Shown here piece by piece: positions 56,577 through 64,000 of a DNA stretch of 64,000 bases. Position numbers and translations under genes: made by a program. The stretch's first letter is position 1. Every line of letters starts with the position of its first letter. This DNA is from an uncultured Verrucomicrobiae bacterium (GTDB taxonomy: Bacteria > Verrucomicrobiota > Verrucomicrobiia > Chthoniobacterales > JAATET01). The stretch is taken from positions 96,001 to 160,000 of the forward strand of contig CAVRCI010000007.1 of assembly GCA_963719495.1 (NCBI GenBank), in the 5' to 3' direction. The notes under the pieces were generated by a model. That model ran no database searches. It was not told the origin of the DNA and saw nothing but the letters and a program-made list of their open reading frames with translations.

Positions 56577-57255
56577 TACCGAAAAAAAACCTCTCATCGG
56601 CTTCGGCGGGATCCTCGCGATCATCGTCGGCTTGATCGCCATCGCCATCAGCTTCGCCGTCTGGACGCAGACGAAAAAGGGCGAATCCTCCGCCGTCGTC
56701 AGCGCCCGCAACCTTCAGCAGTGGGGCATCGCGCTGAACCTCTACCTCATCGAAAACGAGAATCAACTTCCGACCGTTGGCAACACCCCCGTCGACGACG
56801 ACCAGACCGCCGCGTGGTATAATTCCCTCCCGGTTTACCTAGGCCAAACACCCCTCGCCGAGCTCCCGGCGGGCAGCCGCCCCACCCCCGGCCAACCCTC
56901 CCTTTGGATCGACCCCGCCACGAAGGAAACCCGCACGTGGGACGACACCGTCTTCTACTTCAACTACGGGATGAACCGATACCTCCAGCCCGACCCCAAG
57001 CTGCGATCGTTCAAAATCTACGAGATCGATTACCCCGGCAACGTCGTCTTCCTCACCGAAGTCGACGGCTACGAGCCCGCCGTCACCCCCGACACCGTCG
57101 TCTTCCGCCGCGGCCCCGCCGCCCCGACCGCCACCGCCCTCGTCCTCTTCTGCGACGGCCACGTCGCCCCGGTGACCCGCGACACCCTGGTTGACGACCC
57201 AAAAACGAGAGAAGCCGCCACCGCCGAAACCGGCGTAAGCTGGTTCGAAAAGTAG
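56569..57255 (+). CDS. Pseudopilin-like protein of the H-X9-DG-CTERM type
   Basis: N-terminal TM, NLQQWGIALNLY, WYNSLPVYL, NYGMN, LFCDGHV. Confidence 0.75.
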   Translation: MVDTEKKPLIGFGGILAIIVGLIAIAISFAVWTQTKKGESSAVVSARNLQQWGIALNLYLIENENQLPTVGNTPVDDDQTAAWYNSLPVYLGQTPLAELPAGSRPTPGQPSLWIDPATKETRTWDDTVFYFNYGMNRYLQPDPKLRSFKIYEIDYPGNVVFLTEVDGYEPAVTPDTVVFRRGPAAPTATALVLFCDGHVAPVTRDTLVDDPKTREAATAETGVSWFEK

Positions 57256-57337
57256 GGGAGCGCGCCCGTCCCGGGTGCGAGATGCGGCGTCTCGCCGCAT
57301 CACCCGGCAATTCGAGCGAAGCGAGAGAGCCGAAAAC

Positions 57338-58057
57338 ATGCACCTCATCGGCATCGACCTAGCCTGGGGCGAAAAGAACCCCGACGCCCTCGCCACGATC
57401 ACCGTCACCAACGGCAACGCCACCTGGCACCCCCCGACCTTCGCCCAAGGCGACGCCGCCCTCCTCACCACCATCGCCGCAATCACCGGCAACGCCCCCG
57501 CCCACCTCGCCATCGACGCCCCCATCATCTGCGTCAACCCCACCGGCTCCCGCCCCGTCGACAAGCTCACCCACCAGCACTTCCGCCGTCAACACGCCGG
57601 CTGCCACCCCGCCAACCTCGCCCTCACCCCACGCCCGCCCCGCATCGGCGCGCTCCTCGCCGCCGCCGGCTACCCACTCGACTGGAATCCAGCGCTCCCC
57701 CGTCTCGCCTACGAAGTCTACCCCCACCCCGCCCTCGTCCGCTTTCTCGACCTCCCCCGCATCCTCGGCTACAAACGCTCCCCGGTCGCCAACCGCCGCA
57801 CCGAATTCAAAAAACTCCAAACCTTCGTCCGCCAAAAATCGACGGAGCACCAAATCACCACCCCACCCGAAGTCGGCGAACTCCTCGAGCGCCCCTGGAC
57901 CAAACCCACCGAAGACCTCACCGACGCCATGGTCTGCGCCCTCATCGCCCACCACCACTGGATTCACCAAGGCAAAAAAACTGAGATCCTCGGCGACCGC
58001 GGAACCGGCTTCCTCCTCGTTCCTCGAGTGAATGAGAAATTAGAAGTTAGAAATTAG
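57338..58057 (+). CDS. DUF429 family protein (predicted RNase H-like nuclease)
   Basis: IGIDLAW, AIDAP, G.RPVD, EVYPHPAL, DAMVCA. Confidence 0.85.
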   Translation: MHLIGIDLAWGEKNPDALATITVTNGNATWHPPTFAQGDAALLTTIAAITGNAPAHLAIDAPIICVNPTGSRPVDKLTHQHFRRQHAGCHPANLALTPRPPRIGALLAAAGYPLDWNPALPRLAYEVYPHPALVRFLDLPRILGYKRSPVANRRTEFKKLQTFVRQKSTEHQITTPPEVGELLERPWTKPTEDLTDAMVCALIAHHHWIHQGKKTEILGDRGTGFLLVPRVNEKLEVRN

Positions 58058-58120
58058 AAATGGCGAGCGCCCCGAAGGGCCGGGTATTTCTCATTTCGCA
58101 TTTCGCATTTCAAATTTGCA
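58031..58120. repeat. Two inverted heptamer arrays flanking a small hairpin
   Basis: aatgaga-aattaga-agttaga-aattaga, then gccc-cgaa-gggc, then atttctc-atttcgc-atttcgc-atttcaa-atttgca. Confidence 0.75.
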
Positions 58121-58961
58121 TCTCACCACCAGAATCGCCCCCACCCCGACCGGTCACCTCCACCTCGGCCACGCCCGCACCTTCGCCGCCGCCCACCGCC
58201 GCGCCCGCGCAGTCGGTGGCCGCATCCACCTCCGCATCGAAGACCTCGACCAAGCCCGCTGCCGACCTGAATACGTCGCCGCCGCCATCGAAGACCTCCG
58301 TTGGCTCGGCCTCGATTGGGACGGCGAGATCATCCACCAGAGCCAGCGCCGCTCCCACTACGAAACCGCCTGGACACGCCTCCGCGACCTCGACCTCATC
58401 TACCCCTGCGGCAAATCCCGCCGCGACCTCCGCTCCGCCCAAGCCCCCCACGCCGAAGACGAGGAACCGATTTACCCGCCTGCCTGGCGACCACCCCCCG
58501 GCACCGCCACCGCCCACGCGACGCCCACCGGCACCAACTGGCGCTTCCGAGTCCCCGACGACCGCGTTCTCACCTTCACCGACCACCGCCTCGGCAAGAC
58601 CACGTTCACGGCGGGCACCGACTTCGGCGATTTCCTCATCTGGAACCGCGACGACATCCCCGCCTACGAGCTGGCCGTCGTCGTCGACGACATCGCCATG
58701 GGCATCACCGAAGTCATCCGCGGCGAAGACCTCCTCCTCTCCACCGCCCGCCAACTCCTCATCTACGAGGCCCTGAGCGCAACACCCCCAACCTTCCACC
58801 ACCTCCCCCTCGTCTTAGACGAAAGCGGCCAGCGTCTTGCCAAAAGAAGCAACGCCCAAAGCCTGAAAACGCTCCGCGAATGCGGCGCGAAGCCCGCCGA
58901 CCTCCTTCAAGGAGCGGCGATTTGCAATCGCCGACCCAACCCAACGGCGAAGCCGCACTAA
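58116..58961 (+). CDS. gluQ: tRNA glutamyl-Q(34) synthetase
   Basis: RIAPTPTGHLHLGH, LRIEDLD, AYELAVVVDD, VIRGEDL, RLAKR; no anticodon-binding domain. Confidence 0.9.
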   Translation: MHLTTRIAPTPTGHLHLGHARTFAAAHRRARAVGGRIHLRIEDLDQARCRPEYVAAAIEDLRWLGLDWDGEIIHQSQRRSHYETAWTRLRDLDLIYPCGKSRRDLRSAQAPHAEDEEPIYPPAWRPPPGTATAHATPTGTNWRFRVPDDRVLTFTDHRLGKTTFTAGTDFGDFLIWNRDDIPAYELAVVVDDIAMGITEVIRGEDLLLSTARQLLIYEALSATPPTFHHLPLVLDESGQRLAKRSNAQSLKTLRECGAKPADLLQGAAICNRRPNPTAKPH

Positions 58962-59063
58962 AAAACGACTTCAAGGAGCGGCACCTTCCAGGTGCCGAAG
59001 TCCGCACCACCTCCGCCACCGCCCGGGCACTCTCAGCGCCCGACTCCCCCGCCCCAGCCGCAA

Positions 59064-59129
59064 ACCCTCGACCCTCGGATCACTCAGCCCCGACTGCGCC
59101 CCGGTCGCCGGATCGATCGCGATCCGCTG
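59064..59129 (-). pseudogene. Possible remnant of a gamma-glutamyltranspeptidase C-terminus
   Basis: Minus-strand translation QRIAIDPATGAQSGLSDPRVEG resembles the GGT terminal IxIDxxxGxxxGxSDPRxxG; only 22 codons. Confidence 0.35.
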
Positions 59130-59223
59130 CGGCGCTTGCAAATGCTCCGTAATAACGCCCGCTCGCTCCGTCCCGATTCACGGAAGCCGCAACGCGCCGA
59201 TGGAACCCTCGGTTTTTGCCCGA

Positions 59224-59907
59224 CTACAACCCCAGCTTCGCCAGCAAATCGCCCTGACCCCGCAACGCTCGTTTAGCGATCCGCCGAAACTCGCTCACCC
59301 ACGCTTTAAGCGCCTTGGCCGCCGCATCGCGGTCCTTCGTCGTCCGCTGGGCCGCGCCGCCCGCCCTCGCCGCGCCCGCCGCCAGATCGCCGACGAGTTT
59401 GATGCCCGCCAGCTCCGCGTCGATCCGCGCCGCCGAGTAGCCCCGCCGCGCGAGCGGCTCCGCGTAGGGTGCCTTCTTCCCCGCGCCGTAGGACGCCTTC
59501 GCCGCGGTGAGAAATTTCTGCAAATCCTCCGGCAGCTTCCCGTTGAGCCCCAGCGCCAGCTTCTCCGCCGCCGACCGGAAGATCGCCCGCGCCGTCTCCC
59601 GGTAATCCGTGAAGTCCGCCCGTTCCGACGCCGTCGCCGAGTCGAGCATCCGCTGCGCTTCGTTAGCCTTCCCCATCGCCGCCGCCCGCGCCTCGTAAGC
59701 CGCCTGCGCCGGGGCGTGCAAACTCGTGATCGCCTCGTCCACCGCCGCCGCGTCGTAACCCCGCTCCGCCATCACCGCCTGCACCTCGGCGTCGTCCCGC
59801 AGCACCGTCATCATCGCCAACGCCTCGCTCAGGTCATTGGCCAAGCGCTGATCCTGCTCCGCCAACTTACGGCCCGCCTTCGTTTCGTTTGGTGAGGAAT
59901 TTTCCAT
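59224..59907 (-). CDS. Hypothetical all-helical protein
   Basis: 227-aa Ala-rich ORF; internal repeat MAERGYDAAAVD / LARRGYSAARID; ends LLAKLGL. Confidence 0.75.
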   Translation of the reverse strand: MENSSPNETKAGRKLAEQDQRLANDLSEALAMMTVLRDDAEVQAVMAERGYDAAAVDEAITSLHAPAQAAYEARAAAMGKANEAQRMLDSATASERADFTDYRETARAIFRSAAEKLALGLNGKLPEDLQKFLTAAKASYGAGKKAPYAEPLARRGYSAARIDAELAGIKLVGDLAAGAARAGGAAQRTTKDRDAAAKALKAWVSEFRRIAKRALRGQGDLLAKLGL

Positions 59908-60051
59908 GCCCGGTTCTTAAGCTGGCAACCGGTCAGCCGCAAATCAAAAACCGCAACTCAGACGTGGCATCGGCTTCCAGCCGATCACCAACCGGGCATT
60001 GGCTGAAAGCCCACACCCCCACCCGAATGCCAGACGTCCAACCGCCGGAGA

Positions 60052-60261
60052 CGGTCGGACGCCCCTCGCGCCCGGGAAGCAACCGCTCCCGGCCGGTCGG
60101 CGCCGACCCCTCCGCGGTCGGCGGCCCCTCGCCCCCGGTCGGGCGGCTCTCGCCGCGAGGCGGGAGGCTCTCGGAGATGGTCGGGAGACTCTCGTTTGCG
60201 GTCGGGAGTTGTTTTCTGTCGATCGGGATCCGCTCGATTCCGGTCGGGAGACGGATTCAGG
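60052..60261. repeat. Degenerate 21-bp tandem repeat, 10 units (approx. CGGTCGGGAGGCTCTCGnnnn)
   Basis: Units start every 21 nt from 60052: cggtcggac, cgggaagca, cggtcggcg, cggtcggcg, cggtcgggc, gaggcggga, tggtcggga, cggtcggga, cgatcggga, cggtcggga. Confidence 0.8.
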
Positions 60262-60622
60262 CCCGGGGCCCGGCGGGCGCAAAGGCTTCCTCGAGGACGC
60301 CTGGAGGAGGTGCCCAGCTTGCGTGCGGGTCCGGGCAATCTCGGCTTCCAATGCCCGGCAATGTGGGCCACCTCATTCTGAAATTCACGCGTTCTCGTCG
60401 GCGCGACAGCGATCTTAGAAAAGTTATTTTCAGCCGACAAACGTCCGATTTACAGCGTGAAGGCGGACGCGGGGTGGGAGCGTTTCGAGATAGTCCTCGC
60501 TAACGAGAGGTTCGGCCCTACGGTCGCGACAGAACCTTTCACTTTCCCTTTCCTTGTGTCTTGAACACAACCCCGCCGATTCCGGCGGTGGCGCATGGCG
60601 GGGGCCCACCAAGGAGCCACCC

Positions 60623-62119
60623 ATGAAAAATCGACCTCTCTTCTTCTCCCTCGCCGCTCTCGGCCTGCTCGCAATTGCCGCCGCTCCGCCGGTCGTGGCG
60701 CAGAATTTCGAAACGAATCAAGACGCCGTTCTCGTCCTCGGACAGAGTTCATTCGACGCCACCGCCCCCGCGACGCCGGCGTCGGCCACCTCGCAGAATC
60801 AGCCGCTCGGCGTGGCGGTGGACCCGACGACGGGCAAGGTCTTCGTCGCGGACTTCGGCAATCACCGCGTCTTGCGCTACGACAGTTCCCGGAGCCTCGC
60901 CAACGGTGATCCGGCGGAAATGGTGTTTGGACAGGCGAATTTCAGCGCGAACCTCAGCAATCGCGGCACGGCCAACCCGACCCCGAATACCCTCTCCGAA
61001 CCCGTCGGACTCTTCGTGGACGCCGTCGGCACGCTCTGGGTGGCGGATGGCGGCAACAACCGCGTGCTCGCCTTCGCCTCCGCCTCGAATCTGGCCCTGA
61101 ACGCGAACGCCATCCGCGTGATCGGCCAGCCGAACTTCACTTCGAAAACGAACACGACGGCCAGCACCGGCCTCTTCAACCCCCTCGGCGTCTTCGTCAG
61201 CGCGGCGAACACCCTCTTCATCGCGGATTCGTTCAACAATCGCGTCCTCGGCTACCGGTCCATCTCGGCCACCGCCAGCAACGCCCCCGCGGCGAACCTC
61301 GTGATCGGGCAGGCGGCATTCGGCTCGGGCGGCGACGGCAACGGCGCCTCGCAAATGTTCACCCCGACTTCGGTCTTCGTGGATGCCGACGGCCGCCTCT
61401 GGGTCACCGACCGGGACAACCGTCGCGTGCTTCGATTCAATAACGCCGGGAGCCTCCCCGCGGCAAACGCCTCCGCCAACGGCGTGCTGGGCCAGCCGGG
61501 CTTCAATGTCACGGTCCCGATCCAGACCACCGCGGCGGGAATGAGCTTTCCCTACGTCTCGATCGTCGATTCCGACGGCACGCTCTACGTCTCGGACCTG
61601 AGCTTCAACCGCGTGACCATTTTCCCCAATGCCGCGACGGCACCCAACGGCGCCTCCGCCAGCAGCGTGCTCGGTCAGTCAAATTTCACGAACGTCTCCT
61701 CGTCCATCGCGGCGAATACGCTCCCCGGCGCCGCGGGCCTGACCTTCGACCTCCAAGGTGATCTGTTCGTGGCGAACTTCAACGCCAACCGCACGACGCG
61801 CTTCACGAAGGCAGCGACACCCGCGCCGCCCTTGCCTCCGTCGCGTCCGATCCTCAGCCTCGAGGGCCGGAAGAATATTTTCACTTCCCGACCGAGACAC
61901 GTGCTCCGCGGAAGTGCGCGGGTGGCGGGCGGCACCGTGCTGCGCGTCGAGGTCAAGGAAAGGGGCAAACCGGGCTTCCAGCCGGCCCGTGGCACCGAAT
62001 CGTGGAAGTTCCGAACGGACCGCCTGAAGCCGGGGAAGCCCAATAAATTCATCATCAAGGCCGTCGGCACGGACGGCCGCTCCTCGAAGCGATTGAGGGT
62101 CAAGGTGCGGGTCAAATAA
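60623..62119 (+). CDS. Secreted NHL-repeat beta-propeller protein with basic C-terminal domain
   Basis: RBS aaggag; signal peptide; repeated P.GV.VD...LWVAD..NNRVL and VLGQ.NF units; Pro linker then Lys/Arg-rich domain. Confidence 0.9.
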   Translation: MKNRPLFFSLAALGLLAIAAAPPVVAQNFETNQDAVLVLGQSSFDATAPATPASATSQNQPLGVAVDPTTGKVFVADFGNHRVLRYDSSRSLANGDPAEMVFGQANFSANLSNRGTANPTPNTLSEPVGLFVDAVGTLWVADGGNNRVLAFASASNLALNANAIRVIGQPNFTSKTNTTASTGLFNPLGVFVSAANTLFIADSFNNRVLGYRSISATASNAPAANLVIGQAAFGSGGDGNGASQMFTPTSVFVDADGRLWVTDRDNRRVLRFNNAGSLPAANASANGVLGQPGFNVTVPIQTTAAGMSFPYVSIVDSDGTLYVSDLSFNRVTIFPNAATAPNGASASSVLGQSNFTNVSSSIAANTLPGAAGLTFDLQGDLFVANFNANRTTRFTKAATPAPPLPPSRPILSLEGRKNIFTSRPRHVLRGSARVAGGTVLRVEVKERGKPGFQPARGTESWKFRTDRLKPGKPNKFIIKAVGTDGRSSKRLRVKVRVK

Positions 62120-62195
62120 ATCCTGCCCGAGCTTTAAGCAGCCGTCTCCGACGACCACCAGCCACCGAAACCCAATTCAACCACCAATCAAGCTT

Positions 62196-64000
62196 ATGAA
62201 AACCCATTCCAACTTCACGATCCTCGCCACGCTCGGCTTCCTCGCACTGGCCCCTCCCGCCCTCACCGCCGCGACGCTCCAGCTCGCCAACCCGCAGACC
62301 AACGGCTTTTTCGGCTCCTCGGTCAGCCAATCGGGCGACATCGGCCTCGTCGGAGCGTGGCCGCTTGGCACCTTCGGCCGGGGCGGCATCTTTCGAAGCG
62401 TGAACACGGCCACCGGCACGGTGACGCCGGACCTCACGCTCCTTCCCCCCAACTTCACGCCGGACAGCGGGTTTGGCCGCGCGGTCGCCCTCTCCGACAC
62501 CACCGCCATCGTCTCGGAGTATACCGAAAACAACACCCGCGGAGTGATCCACCTCTACCGCAATCTCGGCTCGGGCTCGGGCTCGTCGCCACAGGTCGCG
62601 ACCTTCGTCGCCAGCGACGCGGCGGACGGGGATTCTCTGGGCTCGGACGTCAGCCTGAGCGCGAGCATCGGCGTGGCCGGCGCGAGCGAAGCGGCCCCCA
62701 AAGGCGCGGCCTACGTCTTCCGCGACCTCGACACCGCCTCCAGCCCGAACATCCCCCAGAACCTCAAGCTCATCCCCAACGATGCGGCCCTGGCCAGCGG
62801 CTTTGGCAACGCGGTGAGCCTATCCGGCACGACCGCCGTCGTCGGCGGTGACGGGGCGGCCTACGTCTTCCGCAACCTCGGTGGTAACGCCTCCGGCACG
62901 GTCTCGCAGAACGCCATCCTCAGCTCCACCGATGCCTCAAGCAACACGTTCGGTAACGATGTGAGCGTATCCGCAGGCCTTGTCCTCGTCGGAAACTTTC
63001 TCGGAAATGGCGGCTCCGGTGCGGTCTACGTTTACCGCAACGTGAACACGGCGAACTCCACCATCACGCAGGATACCAGGCTCACCGTCGGCTTCGGTGC
63101 TGTCGACGATCGCTTCGGCAACTCCGTGAGCGTGGCCGGCGTGACCGGCCTCGTCGGGGCGCCCGGCGTCTCGGGCTTTCGCGGTGCCGCCTACCTCTTC
63201 TTCGATCTCAAAAACGCCGGCGGGAACGTCACCCCGGATGTGACGATCACCCCCTCCGTCGCCGCGGCCGACGACTCCTTCGGCCATTCCGTGAGCCTTA
63301 GCAGCGGGAATTTTCTGATCGGGGCGCATCGGGCCAGCATCGGCGCCACCAACGACGCCGGCAAAGTCTACAGCGGCAGCGTGCGCTCCATCACCACGCT
63401 CGACACCGGCAGCACGAGCGAGACGATCGACGGAATCAGCTTCGATTTGAAGGGGGACTGGATCATCGGCGACTCGACCGATTTCAACTCCATCACGCTC
63501 ACGAGCGGCGACACGGCCGCGGTCGCCAACGGCTTGAACAACGCCGTTTACGTCGGCAAAAACGCCGGCTCGGACCACAACCAGCTCACCATCGAGGGCA
63601 CTCTCTTCGCAAACCAGGTCTTCATCGGTTCGCCCGGCGGCAACACCGGCAATGAGCTGCGCATCGAAAACGGCGTCACCTTCGTCACGTCGCGCACGCA
63701 CCTCGCCCCCGGCGACAACCAACTCGTCCTCTCGGGCAACCACGCGCCCTACTCCGCGCTCTCGACTTACTTGAAGCTGAACGAGGACGGGAACTTCTTC
63801 CTGCGCGTGTGGAATGGCAGCGCCTGGATCGACGTGACGACCGCGACCTCCGATCTCGTCACGGTCACCTACGACGCCGGTTCGAACTTCACCACGGTCA
63901 AGGCCTTCACCGCCAACCCAACGCCCACCCCAACGCCCACAGCCTCACCGACCCCGGCGCACATCGTCGACGCGACCCGCCCGAACCTACGAATTCGCGG
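62196..64000 (+). CDS. Secreted FG-GAP repeat protein (partial, runs off the window end)
   Basis: Manual translation: MKTHSNFTILATLGFLALAPPALTA, repeated FGxxVS...LVGA...GAAY units, ending PTPTPTPTASPTPAHIVDATRPNLRIR; not in the ORF track. Confidence 0.88.
   Translation, partial: MKTHSNFTILATLGFLALAPPALTAATLQLANPQTNGFFGSSVSQSGDIGLVGAWPLGTFGRGGIFRSVNTATGTVTPDLTLLPPNFTPDSGFGRAVALSDTTAIVSEYTENNTRGVIHLYRNLGSGSGSSPQVATFVASDAADGDSLGSDVSLSASIGVAGASEAAPKGAAYVFRDLDTASSPNIPQNLKLIPNDAALASGFGNAVSLSGTTAVVGGDGAAYVFRNLGGNASGTVSQNAILSSTDASSNTFGNDVSVSAGLVLVGNFLGNGGSGAVYVYRNVNTANSTITQDTRLTVGFGAVDDRFGNSVSVAGVTGLVGAPGVSGFRGAAYLFFDLKNAGGNVTPDVTITPSVAAADDSFGHSVSLSSGNFLIGAHRASIGATNDAGKVYSGSVRSITTLDTGSTSETIDGISFDLKGDWIIGDSTDFNSITLTSGDTAAVANGLNNAVYVGKNAGSDHNQLTIEGTLFANQVFIGSPGGNTGNELRIENGVTFVTSRTHLAPGDNQLVLSGNHAPYSALSTYLKLNEDGNFFLRVWNGSAWIDVTTATSDLVTVTYDAGSNFTTVKAFTANPTPTPTPTASPTPAHIVDATRPNLRIR

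Noticed and set aside
60052..60261. CRISPR array candidate (also 8162-8221)
   Set aside because: Contiguous degenerate tandem units, no repeat-spacer architecture, no cas genes
60480..60620. c-di-GMP riboswitch upstream of the NHL gene
   Set aside because: Hairpins present (gagaggttc...gaacctttc) but class I/II consensus nucleotides not found

Overview
High-GC bacterial chromosomal segment, most likely Verrucomicrobiota (inferred from two PEP-CTERM proteins, a PTPDL-like protein and an H-X9-DG-type pseudopilin). About 51 protein genes; I saw no rRNA, tRNA, CRISPR array, transposase, integrase or phage structural gene. Three genes are missing from the ORF track: a cytochrome P450 running off the left edge, a 33-aa membrane peptide, and an FG-GAP protein running off the right edge. 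Main points: (1) a DUF2911 / secreted PIG-L deacetylase / small membrane peptide / sodium:solute symporter module translationally coupled to a bacillithiol-type bshC-bshB-bshA set with a half-length BshC; (2) a phage-free lipoprotein / 3TM / amidase-RlpA cassette; (3) two related perfect palindromes (46 and 30 bp) with compensatory changes; (4) a ~21 kb divergent double exopolysaccharide locus, with a BcsB-like/GT2/GH113/giant PEP-CTERM operon headed by a cNMP pseudokinase and a pseudo-receiver, and an Alg8/PilZ alginate-like operon whose beta-helix gene has an in-frame TAG; (5) a shared Arg/Lys-rich ~90-aa C-terminal domain on unrelated secreted proteins, a candidate sorting signal; (6) several families of intergenic REP-like hairpins and 7/8/9/21-bp tandem repeats. 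All family assignments are by motif recognition, without database searches.
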